NCBI RefSeq assembly: GCF_006345805.1
Contig: NW_021832221.1
Location: 124,001 to 188,000, forward strand
Source: Octopus sinensis
Lineage: Eukaryota
DNA: 64,000 nt
Reading direction: 5' to 3'
Shown here in pieces: positions 27,163-38,699 of the stretch (positions are counted from its first letter, which is position 1; each line of letters opens with the position of its first letter). The notes under the pieces are model-generated. The model searched no databases. It saw only the letters and a list, made by a program, of their open reading frames with translations, and was not told where the DNA came from. The position numbers and the translations under genes were made by a program.

Positions 27163-28451
27163 CAGGGTTGTTAGATTTAAATCATTTGATTTTAATCAAC
27201 AATAAAAATCAATGATTTAAATCATTAAAAAAAATCAAAAAAATCAAAAAAATCATTTAAATTTTTTTAAATGTCTGGAAGAAAGCGTGATTCTTTGTGG
27301 GCTTATTTTGATAAACGTATTATTCCTGGAAAGACCGGAAGCCGTGCCAGATGTCGTAATTGTGGGAAGGACATACAAGGTCTTGTATCTCGGATGAGGC
27401 AGCATCATTTATTATGTCGAAGTAATATTGATATCCCTGAAAATATGCCGAGACCTGAAAGCGAATTTCCTCCAAGGATGAAGGACCATTCATTAATCAA
27501 TTTCGTAACTACGACGACTTCATCTAAGAAAGATTTGATGGATCTGCAACTCGCTAGATACATATTTTCTACAAACACTCCGTTTGCTGCTGTAGAACAT
27601 CCCGAATTTGTCAAATTCGTCCAAATGCTTCTTCCTGGGTATCGTTTACCCTCTCGTCATCAAATTGGTGGTACATTACTTGATCATGTGTACGACCAAA
27701 TACATGAAGACTATTGAAGAATATCTGATGCTTATTAAACCAATTGCTGTCGCTTTAGATAAAATTCAGAATGATTCTACCACGATTAGTCATGCTGTAG
27801 AAATTTGGAAAGAACTTGAACAGACATATATTGACAATGGATGTACGAATATTTTAGGAAAAGTGAGAATTCGAGCAAAACAAGCATTAACACCTTTCCA
27901 CTTACTTATCACCTATAGCTTGGTGGAGTCGAATTCATACCAGTTACCTTCACAAGTAATTTCACTATGCAAAAAATTCTTGGAGCAGTTGCTTCGACAG
28001 GTGGAATAGAAAGAATCTTTTCAACATTCGGATTTCTACATTCAAATGTACGCAATAGGCTGGGGATCGAAAAAGCAGCCAAACTTGTTTCCATTTACAA
28101 GCTTTTAAATAAATAAAAACGATTTCCATTGTTTTTGTTTTTTATTTTAGTTCGCTTTGAAATATTTTTTTATTTATTAACCCGAAGACCACAAAGAAAG
28201 AAAGCGTAATGCAAACTAGTTAAGTGATCCCGGTGGACATAAGGAACTACGATAGATCGTTCTGCGTGGCCGTTTTTCAGTGTTTATGTACAAGAGAGAG
28301 GTTCTCTGATAAGCCAGGTGGAAGGGTCGTTTTGAAATAAAGATCATTTAATTCAAAAAAATCTGATTTAAATCAAAAAAATCGTGATTAAATCAAAAAA
28401 ATCAGATTTTTTTGATTTTTTTGAAAAAAATCATGATTTTTAACAACCCTG
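27163..28451 (+). mobile_element. hAT transposon with BED finger, deletion derivative
   Basis: TIRs cagggttgtta / taacaaccctg, TSD cacaaaaa / cactaaaa, aaaaatc subterminal repeats. BED finger 'W.YF..CRNC..HHLLC' and 'ASTGGIERIFSTFG'. Confidence 0.9.
28165..28330 (-). mobile_element. Short 5'-truncated LINE 3' end inserted in the hAT element
   Basis: A-rich tail, flanking tttgaaata duplication, and a reading frame ending 'STGIT*' like other LINE copies here. Confidence 0.6.
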
Positions 28452-28498
28452 CACTAAAATAACAAAAGATATTAATTTAAAAAATATAAATATTTATT

Positions 28499-29754
28499 AT
28501 GCTCTCATGTGCGTCTTGTGCAGGAAAAGCAGTGCATAAGAGTATCAAACATGTTTTATTTATTTAATAATAAAAATAGCAAATTCTTTTATGCAAAGAC
28601 TGTTTCTGTTTTCAATTTGAAGAGGAAGTAAACTACACAATAAAAAGCAACAACCTCTTCTCCCCAGGAGAGAAAGTGGCCATCGCAGTATCTGGAGGGA
28701 AGGATTCCACTGTCCTCGCACATGTCCTCAAACTACTAAACGAACGTCACAATTATAACCTTGACTTGTGTCTCCTCGCAATCGACGAAGGAATCGAAGG
28801 TTACCGAGACGGGTCCCTCGAAACAGTCCACCAAAACAAAATTGACTACGAAATGCCTCTCTGTGTTCTTTCCTACAAAGATCTGTTTGGGTGGACAATG
28901 GACGAGGTTGTCAGAGCCACCGACACCAGAAATAACTGTAAATGAGTCCATATTACTATTAGGCACATATTGCGGAGTATTCCGACGCCAGGCTTTCGAT
29001 CGAGGGGCACTGCTAGTCAAAGCTAAGAAAATAGCGACAGGTTTGCTGTGAGTTTATATTTTAGGCCACAATGCGGACGACATGGCAGAGACAGTCATCA
29101 TGAACTGTTTTGTCTTGGAATCACTTTTGTAGTGTTCAGAGGAGATTTGGCCAGATTGGGGCGCTGTACGGCAATATCGACTGTATTTGGCCAGTCTGAC
29201 TTGATTAGGGAGATGAGGCCATTTCGAGATGTAAGCCATTCAAGTATGCATATGAGAGTGAAATAGTCAAGTTAGGTATTTTGCTTATATAGATATGCTC
29301 GGTTTAAAAAACTGAAATATTTTGTGACTGAGTGTACATATTCGCTTAACGGGTATCGAGGACCAATGAAGGATTACATCAAGGCACTCCAGTCGATTAG
29401 ACCGCTCTCTGTGCTGGGTTAGTGAGGGGTTATGATTGATAGATATTATTCATTTTGGGGAACTGGTTGTTATCGATGGGAGTGTGAAGATGCCTACTCT
29501 CAGTTGGCTGATTGTTTGATGTGTAGTTAATTGTGTCAAATGTGGTTTTGTGTCGAGTAATCCTGTTTGTAAGGCATGTTTGATGTTGGATGGGTTGAAT
29601 AGGAATATTAAGGGGTATTGTGGTTGGGTGACCTTTTAGTTTGGGGGTGCGGAAGATCAATAATGCCAGAATGGTTTTGTGTGTTGGTTTGTTATTATAG
29701 GTGAAGGAGTGTTGTGGTAGTTGTGGGAGTGTTGATGTGTCGCAGTTTTTTTGA
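28499..29754 (+). CDS. CTU1: Cytoplasmic tRNA 2-thiolation protein 1 (Ncs6)
   Basis: PP-loop 'AVSGGKDS', '[10 protein letters not shown]', '[17 protein letters not shown]', '[10 protein letters not shown]', C-terminal CxxC..C.AC. Confidence 0.93.
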
Positions 29755-29829
29755 TTAATATTTTTATACAGTTATATATTATGGAAGTATTTTTGGTGTC
29801 CAGATATTTCTGTGTTGTCATATTTTACG

Positions 29830-30300
29830 AACTATGACGGAGATATATTTGTCATCTAAGAATAGGCTAAGTAGTATAATGTAAATACTCGATTGTTGTA
29901 CATGAAAGTATTCCTAAGGCTGTCAAGAAATGAAAGGCTTTGGAAACTATCAAAGTTAATGAATGGTTGATTGGAACTACGCTAACTTTTTTGTAGAAGG
30001 CTGAGTTCGAAATTCTGTTTTTTTCTTACTACGTTTAAGACGTTGGTTTGCTCTCTTTGGTTGTTAATTAAATTTGTCGTTTAAAGATAAACAATTTTCA
30101 ACGATAGGAGTGTTATCTGCGTTTATGTAAACTCCTCCGATAAAGATGAGTTATTTGTCACATAGATTCCTGAATCAACGGTAACCGTCATCATAGACAA
30201 CTTTTTTGGTACTTTTTAGTATTTTTCCATTAGAAGGGAATCAGGTTATTTGATAGGTACCAGCTTACCAGTTGAATGTTTTAATATGATTTAAATCATC
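29830..30300 (-). mobile_element. Highly degraded RT remnant
   Basis: Traces of 'KLVPIK' and a KAF-like motif among stops. Confidence 0.35.
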
Positions 30301-30399
30301 CAGATTTTGAGAGTCTTCACAAAAACACCAAATATGGAGGTTCAGAGAATAGCTAAATAGGAAATTAGCAGAACTCCCTTGAACTTTTTCTCTTTAGAC

Positions 30400-30720
30400 A
30401 ACCGAACGGTATGTGAAGCGTCATGAATTAAGTTTTGGGTATAGATTGAAAAATCTGTATTTTTCCTTAGTGGTAGGGGTTTTCTTAGGAAGTCTTAGAA
30501 ACTCCCCAAACTTGTAGAAAGTATTTTACACGCATTTAGTCATAAATATCTTTATTTTACTATTTTTCATTTGATTGATTCCAACGATCGTGCTGAAATA
30601 CGAGTTGATACTACTATTCCTATTGAATAAAAAATTCAAACTACGTTTTCTTTATACAAGAAACTCGACTGCGCAGACAAACCACTTTTTCTTTACACAA
30701 GTTACTCAACTGCCTCGAAT
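30400..30720 (-). mobile_element. Possible Merlin/IS1595-like transposase remnant
   Basis: Weak motifs 'KWFVCAVE' (WVFGGVER-like) and 'IYTQN' (HTQ.IE-like). Confidence 0.3.
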
Positions 30721-30944
30721 ATACAGTGTCAAAAGTATAAGGATTAAGATACATTGAGTCAATATTTTAGAATATTTAAAACAAAATGGTTTGTTTGTAA
30801 TAATCTTATATGCGAAGAAGCGAGTTAGAAACGAGTTTTTGTGTCCATTGATTGTTATCCGATCATTGCAAGAAAAAATAAAACTGGTAATCATCTGGCC
30901 ATTCAGTGTAGTAAAATGTTAAACAAAGATTACATAAAAAGAAC

Positions 30945-31410
30945 TTTATTATTATTATTATTATTTAAGCCAAAAACAGAATCACCGTCTTAACCATTAA
31001 CTAACGTGTTCAGGTGATTCCGACACTTCTCAACAGTCTAGCCATCTTTTCACGATGTTCAGACCGTGACCCCACACACTTTCTGTATGTACGGTGAAAT
31101 GCTTGTGGTCCATCTCCACGATCCCTCCCACTTGCCTCTACGAGAGACTCCAGTGTTCGATGGACAATTTTCATGTCGGTATGGTCCTTCAGTATGTTTA
31201 TGGATTTTTCTTGGATTTTCTCGATTTTTAGTTGGTTCGTTGCCGCCAGGTTACAGCCCCAAGCAGCACATGCATAGCCTATTGTTGGCTCGATATACTG
31301 CTTGTAAAGGGTCTCTACCCCTGGCGGACAAGTTCTCCCACAGTTCGAAAGAAAGGCTTTCACAAAATTGATTTTCTTTATACAAGTTGACACGATCGAT
31401 TCAACATGAG
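30945..31410 (-). mobile_element. Jockey/I-like LINE 3' fragment ('GIT*' family)
   Basis: ORF 31010-31393 is homologous to 38066-38449 ('QY.EPTIGYAC..WG','RKCVG..EHRE..GIT*'). (TAA)n tail. Confidence 0.85.
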
Positions 31411-31549
31411 GTGAGAAACAGAGGAAAGTGTTATCAAGTTAAAAAGTGTTTCTCGTATTTTATTTGAAAAATAAAAATAAATAAATATGAGGGAAAAAAT
31501 ACAGGAAAATCATGTCAATTTTAGAAAAATATTTAAATTCTTATAAATA

Positions 31550-31820
31550 GATGTCTAAAACTGTATTCTCTTACCTTCCGGTCCACCATGTCAGTTGGAA
31601 AATTCCATTCGGATATGGCAACGCTCAGGAGGCACTTAATGCCTACCGAAAAAGGACTCTTAGCTTCTCAGACCCTGGGACATCGTCGTCTCAGACCGAT
31701 CTTGCGGGAAGGATTGAACCTTTCAGAAGGATCTCCCTCGTTTGGATCGGCGATCACGGGATTAACTATAATTAACTGGCTTGCCCGTATTGGTCTTTAA
31801 ATAATAATAATAATAATAAC
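31550..31820 (+). mobile_element. 3' fragment of another non-LTR element with (AAT)n tail
   Basis: GC-richer block ending in aataataataataataataa. Confidence 0.5.
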
Positions 31821-31879
31821 ATGGATTCAAAGAGGGGCGATTAACTGTCACACACCTAAATGCTTTAATGAAGTTTACA

Positions 31880-32507
31880 TAGTGGTGTAGGCAATTTGGT
31901 TTTTATCGAAGAAACTATGAACTCTGGATATCATATAAATTTACTGTCTAATAATCTGGACCAATCAGTTGAAAAAATGGGCTTATCCTCGTTTATTTTT
32001 CAACAGGATAATGCTCCATGCCATACATCTCGTATGGTTAAGGCATATTTCGAAACCAAAAAATATATTATTCTTGATTGGCCATCGCAATCACCGGATC
32101 TTAACCCAATAGAGCATGTATGGTGCTTTATGAAAAGAGAATTAGCTAAAAATCCCCCGAAAAGTAAAGAGGATCAAAAGACAAATATCATGAAAATTTG
32201 GCAGTCAATTCCTAAAGCTTTTTTACAAAACTTAGTAAATTCAATGAGAAAAAGGAGTTATTCTTTATATTTAGAAAGGGGAGGACATATTAATTACTGA
32301 TAATGAGATTTACAAATTTGTGCTAATGTTTTTTGTCTTGCAATTTTTTGTTTTTGTTTAAGTTTGTAAATAAAAAAGAAAAAATTTATTATACAAATTA
32401 AGGTATAATAATAAAATACTACTTAAAGATGTTTACAAAAAAATAAATCAGAATAATGCTATATAAAGACATAAACATTGGTGAGCAATTATTTTTGACG
32501 ACCACTG
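31880..32507 (+). mobile_element. Tc1 (DD34E) transposon 3' half
   Basis: 'FQQDNAPCH..WPSQSPDLNPIEHVW' with 34 residues between D and E. Terminus ..accactg followed by TA. Confidence 0.9.
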
Positions 32508-32509
32508 TA

Positions 32510-32670
32510 TATCAGACGGTCTAAACAAAAAACCTAAACAGGAAAAATCCATTGTCTGCTCAATCGACTTAAAGAAGGCTTTTGATTCGGTGCCAAGGAA
32601 AATACTCACACAAAAGATCTATTCCTCAAATATTGATACGAATCTAAAACTATGGCTTGGGAATTTAAGC
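32510..32670 (+). mobile_element. RT fragment
   Basis: 'SIDLKKAFDSVPRKIL..LKLWL'. Confidence 0.7.
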
Positions 32671-33829
32671 AAATCAATTATCAAATTGCATGCATCCTAA
32701 TCTTCTCAATAAACTGGCTTCTCGATTCATTTTGCTTTTCCCTGCACATTCACAATTGTCTATGCCTGTAAAATGAAATTAAACAGGCAGGGTTTCTATC
32801 TCTTCTGTTTTCTTCAATCCTCAGGGAGTTGGATATTCCATTATAAAAGCTTAAGTAAATACAGTATGAATAGCATCTCCACCCAAATATGGCTTGAGTA
32901 TAAATTATAACAACAGTCTGAAATGAAGAGCACAATATAATGAAGTGAAGTAACTGTAACCAACTTCGGTGGCCGATGATTTTAAGCAATACTCAAATAA
33001 TATGTATAATAATGAGTTAAATAGGCGTAACATCTCGAATGTGCATTTCATGATAATTGTTAGTTATTTGATATTATATCAGCCTCAATTAAATCAGATT
33101 TGACGACCTTGAATGCAAGCAAACCTACAAACTGTAAAAGACTAAGCAGATTTCCCTTTTCGAAGTTAGATTTCTTATAATCTCTTGACTTTTAATAAAT
33201 AAGGGATTAATCAAAGTTGTTTAGCCTGAAAGTACGACAAATGAGTCGATCAAAGAGAGTAAAATTCATAATTGGAAAGGGAAAGACTCGTTAATAACAT
33301 ATATTGCGAATGACCTAATTCACGCTGGCTTTACTAAAACGACTATAATTCTATTAAACTCTTATAAGCAATGGTTTATGCTGAGACAAAAATTTTACTC
33401 GAGACTAAATTGACCCCATCGAGGTTAAATTATGGATTCTGATAATAAAGAAGCCCTAAATTACTTATTTGCAGTCATGTGATCAATTAGTCTATCAAAT
33501 TAAAATCCAAACAAACTAAAGTCTAAAATTAAGAAATTTAATTTGAAGAGTGGGTGCCAAAAAATAAAAATCTCACTTCTGTAAATTAAAGCTTAAAAGT
33601 AAAGTCCGGATTATATTCATTGCTTGAATTGTATCAAAACATGGAATTTGGAGAAACATAGAGAATGTAAATGCGAGGAGTCCCACTCTACTGAAAACAG
33701 AATCCCGAGGGGCCAAGCAAATTAATGGACTCAACGACAATGTGTATTTCATAAGGAATTTATTAACTTCTTGTTTACCTATTATTAGCAGGAAGCCAAA
33801 AATAATATAAAAATATTTTTTCTAGGAAC

Positions 33830-36436
33830 TATATCTGATAATTCCGACTTGATCAAAACGCATCGTCAAACATCGGACACAAGGACTAACAAAACAAGAC
33901 TCAACTAACGAGTTTATTCATTTGTGGGAATATAACTTATGTGGCAATTTTTCATTTCACATCGACGAACGTAACAACCAAAGTTATAAAAATTCGTTAC
34001 AGTCACAAACAAAGCACAAAGGAATGACCGGATTGCGACGGAGACATTGCAACATCAAAATGATAAACACAGAAATTTACTTTGGTGAGTTTTCTAGGGA
34101 AATTAATTTAGCTTCGACAATTTTTATTTGGAATGGAATGTGAAATTCATTAGAAATTTTGATCATTCTGAAAAATGAATACTCTAGAAGATTTTCCATC
34201 TCACCCTCTGATTCGTGCTCTCTATGATGTCTGGTTGAGAATCTGTGAAGTGTCGCGTAATTTGATTCGTATAATATTTTTAATGTTAATTAGCCAACCT
34301 GAGTCAAAAGTTCGGCAGATTAATTGAAAAATCTATAAATTAGCATAATCCTAAAAATATATTAGAAATCGCCGTCGACGCCTCGATGTGCTGTTCAATT
34401 TGCAGGCTGAAGGAAATGTTCAGGGAATTTCCAAACAGTGGCAACCCAGGTGAATATACTAACGATTACTCCAGTAGTTTGGCATGCGGGAATCCTCACG
34501 GGCTGGTTAGTTGAGGTCCAAATGGATTGGATCATGACTAGCTTACGATTTGAGGACAATCTATTTTTTTCTGACTTTGATTTCCCCGACTCGCAGTACT
34601 TTCCGATTTTGATCTGTAGGGAAGTGTTGGATTTGGAGACAGTCGAGAGACTGCTTAATCAGATTCTTGACAACTATGAGGGTGTGGGGACTAATCTGAA
34701 CATCCAAACTCTATTCCGACATATTGAAAAATTTGTAGTTGAGGGAAAATGTTTAAATGAGTTAGTAATTGTCGTATCATTACAGTCTCGATATGCCTGT
34801 TCCCCCAGCCAAGTCCATCAAATGTAGACTCTTTGACGTTCGAACGATTAAATAACACGTAGAATGGGATCACGTTCGGGGAATGTAGCCAGGATCTCCA
34901 AGTTTATAGAAGAATTTCTGGCTTTGTGTACGAGGACGAAATCGAGCTCATAAAATGGATGCATGTCCGCAGCTTCGAAAATGTTCTTCCGGTTGGTTCG
35001 TTGTTTAACAGCCAGAGTTCTCGATTACTGCAAATGTCCGACACAAACTCGAATCTAGAAATGTCCTTCAACCAACAAGGAATCAACGTCTTTTTCGCGC
35101 TGCTCAAATTCCTGGAGGTCAGTCCATAATAAAATTCGCAGAACGAATACGACGTCGCAAATTATTTCCGAGTCATATCCCCGGCGTCGTCAAATTGGGA
35201 TTTGTGGGATAGAATGGGCTATGGAAATGAGTTTGTGGGCACCTACGAAGTATAATTGTAAAATTCTACTCTAACACATGTTTCTCATCTGTCCTGCACG
35301 AGACAGAAAAACCTATCTAATAAATAAGAAAATTCCTTTTCATTGGTCCGCCAGTCCACTCATTTTGTAGTATCTACTTCAAACAGATGAGTCCCCACTC
35401 TTGGGACTTGCCTGTTAAATTGGTAGACTACGATCCCATCTTCTCAAACGCCGGTCAGCACTCTGACATGACATTCTTGAACAGTGTCTCTAATTACGAC
35501 GATTCGTGCGTGTTCTGTTCCAGGGAAAAGGTCACTCCCGACTTGTCAATTCTAGTTGCAAGACGAACTCGTCGGCGTCCTTAATTTGTGCAAGTCGATT
35601 TATTCCGCGTTTGACCTCGACTTGTCGGCAAAATTCATTTCAAAGCCTTCGATGAATTCAACAAGACACGAGGAGTGTGATTTGATTACCCAAGTTGACG
35701 GTGATTAATTTACCAGATAATTCGGAGTGCTCTCTCGGCGACGGGGATCACCTTCGAAGAGAGCGCTGGATATTCCCAACTGCCCTTTGTACTATTCCTG
35801 GCTAATGTACTAGGTAACTTTTAACGTCCGGACGTATGACGACTCCACTTACACGTGCGGGATCGTGGAGGTGGACCTCACTTCGGGGGAGAGATTTGAT
35901 TTATTCTACGAATAGTCTCACCCTTGTGTCCAATGCCTAGTGATGGTTGCAGAAAGACTCCCGCAATCATTCATCACCAAATCATTGGGTCCATTCAAGA
36001 ATTCACCAAGATCTTACTTCACCACTACAAGGGATATTGGTTTGTTCACATTCCTGACCTCAGGCCATTCTGGCTTTCCCCGATACAATGCACCGTCGTT
36101 TCCCTGCGAGAGGAGTTTTTGGAATATTCAAAGACGGTACTCTTGGTGGTTATAACCCAGGTCTATCAAACTATCCGAAGACGGCACATCCGGGCAGTCA
36201 TGTCTTGGAATTTCGACTGTTGCATCTCCGATCGACTCAATAACGCAAAAAAGAATTCAAGCTTCACTCTGGGTAATATGTCACTCCAACTACGCCCAGT
36301 CATTGGACGGGAAGAGCTTATGCAAAATCAAGTTTACGTGATTGGGACCAACTTGGATTTGGGACGTGTTTCCGTGGAGGTGGCAATCGACTTGATGAGT
36401 GAATTACTCAATACGAAAAGCCGACAAGTTTTTTAA
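33830..36436 (+). CDS. Divergent threonyl-tRNA synthetase-like protein, probably catalytically inactive (start uncertain)
   Basis: Colinear with ThrRS: editing region 'VWHAGILTG..FFSDF', 'DLPVKLVDY', 'CGIVEVDL..RFDLFY', 'PAIIHHQIIGSIQEF..HYKG.WPFWLSPIQ', then the anticodon-binding domain. Tiny GT-AG introns where I resolved them. Confidence 0.75.
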
Positions 36437-37327
36437 CATCTTTTGAGAATAAATATGGCTTCAATCAATTGATAATTACAAATTAAGAAAAAAATAAACA
36501 AAAGTGCTTATATGCCTTCAACCTAAAAATATGAATATGTCGAGGGTGAAATCGTGACAAATGTCATAACACTGACAGTCGTCTTAAGTCACCATAAAAT
36601 AATAATCCACGACAAAATAATTACTTTATCCTAACAGGCTATGATGTTTGTCTATGATGACGCAGAATACAACTGACTGAAATTATTCCTTGGAGAGCAT
36701 TACGTGGATATTTCGAAAGTTAAAAAATTCCGACTGAAAAAGCCGAAAATTTCATTCTTATTGACAGAAAGCTATATCTGGAAAATACTAATCAACTCCA
36801 CAAGCTTCAACACTTACAGAAGGTGCATAATATTTCTGAATCAACAAAACAGACGGTAAAGACAGCCTCAAAACATATATTAATTACAAATTTGGTTTTT
36901 CTCGGGTAAATTTCTTAATTATAAATAAAACTATGGGGGTAAATCGATCGAAACATAAATTTAGCATCAAAAAGTATTCAATTTATAATTACTTAAGCAG
37001 TTCGTATTCGGAAGGACTAATTCTTAACTAAAATCAATAACCTTTGTTTCTTTCGTTTTTTACTTTGTACTTTCGTATTTTGAGAAGTTTGAAAAACTCA
37101 TGTTCTTTCTCAACATTGATTAAGAGTTCATTAAAGTAAGCTACATATAGCGTACACAAAAAAATTGGAAGACATGTGTCAATTAAATTTTTATTTTTAA
37201 GAAAATGTTGTGAAAATGTGGCCGATTTAGAATTTGGCCAGTTTTCGAAACTTTATTTTACTTTTAATTATTTCTTACAAAATTAACGTTTTAAGTATAT
37301 AAAAATAAATTAAATATTGTGTTGTTG

Positions 37328-37625
37328 ATGGCAGAGCAGCTCGCTTCGATTTATGGGTCAGAAAAAGACAAGTATAGAGGGTATAGTCACAAGCAGAGTA
37401 AATTGTTCATTTTTCCTCAAAATCGGAGCATGCAGACACGGGGACCAGTGCACGCGCATTCACAACAAACCCAACTTCAGCCAAACCGTGCTGATCACGA
37501 ACATGTTCCCGGGGGCACAGGTGAGTCACCTCTACTCGGGGTCAGCTCCAAGTTGGTCTGCAGACTAACCGACAGTTCCCACCAATTCGGAGGACCAGAG
37601 GAAGTTCGAGGAATTCTTCGAGGAG
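37328..37625 (+). pseudogene. U2AF1: U2AF small subunit (U2AF35) 5' part, truncated by a LINE insertion
   Basis: Spliced '[45 protein letters not shown]...KFEEFFEE' (introns of 25 and 24 nt). RT sequence follows, and no UHM or second zinc finger exons were found downstream. Confidence 0.85.
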
Positions 37626-37639
37626 GTGTCGGGGAAGGG

Positions 37640-38510
37640 CTTGCTGTGGAAACAGATCCTCCATATCGAGATTATTACCAAATGGGGTCCCTCAGGGTTC
37701 TCCATTATCTCCACTTTTATTCAATCTCATGATGAACGACATACCACAGCCAGAAGGGGACAACGATCTGTTATTACTATATGCAGATGATATTATCGTC
37801 GCATCAAGGGATGTGAGCATAATAAAAGCAACGGATAGAATACAGGATAACCTCAACAATCTGAGTTCATAGCTATATAAAAACGAACTGGAGGCAAGTC
37901 CGGAAAAATCTATTTTGACTGTTTACGAAAAACAGAAGGCTTGGGAAAGTCTCAATTGAAGCGAAGTTAGACGGGGAAATTATACCGCAGAGCAAAAACC
38001 AGAAGATTCTTGGAGTTACATTCGACACCTTTCTAACCTTTTCAACCCACGTTGAAAATGTAGTTATGGCGGGTGCAAGAAAGGTTAACTTCCTGAATGC
38101 CTTCCTGAAGAACGCAGGAGAATGCAAAGGCCTATATGGCCTAAACAACATATATAACCAATACTTGGAACCTACGATCGGATATGCGTGCGGAATCTGG
38201 GGAACAAACTTAAGTACAAACAATCAATCAAAAATCGACAAAATTCGGTTGAAAGCGGCAAACCTGCTAAATACTTTTTCCGATAAAGAGATTATCTCAA
38301 AAGCCTGGGACAACATCATAAAGTCATCTGCAATCCATCTACGAGAGGTTCGTCCTGAAAATCCCCGTCCGTACCGAAAATGCGTCGGGAAAACGGCGGA
38401 ACATCGGGAGAGGCTGCGCGAACTGCTGAGGGAGGCTGGGATCACCTGAATTCTTCTTTCTTTTGCCTATGACGGTGGTTTTCTGGTTCAATAAATAAAT
38501 AAAATAAAAT
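37640..38510 (+). mobile_element. 5'-truncated Jockey/I-like LINE ('GIT*' family)
   Basis: 'GVPQGSPLSPLLFNL','LYADDII','KILGVTFD..LTFSTHV', ends 'REAGIT*' followed by an A-rich tail. Confidence 0.92.
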
Positions 38511-38699
38511 GTAGTCTGGATGGCAAAATGCGAAATGTACCAAAATAAAAAGCTCGAAACCTGAAGGCTCAGATTTTTAGAAAAACTTTTAATTAAAAAT
38601 TTTCATTTTAGTCTTATTCATAAAAATATCTAGATGTACAAAAGTGAAAACTTTTTTAGTTATCTCCAAACTTTTTGCACCCAATTGAACTGCAAACAG

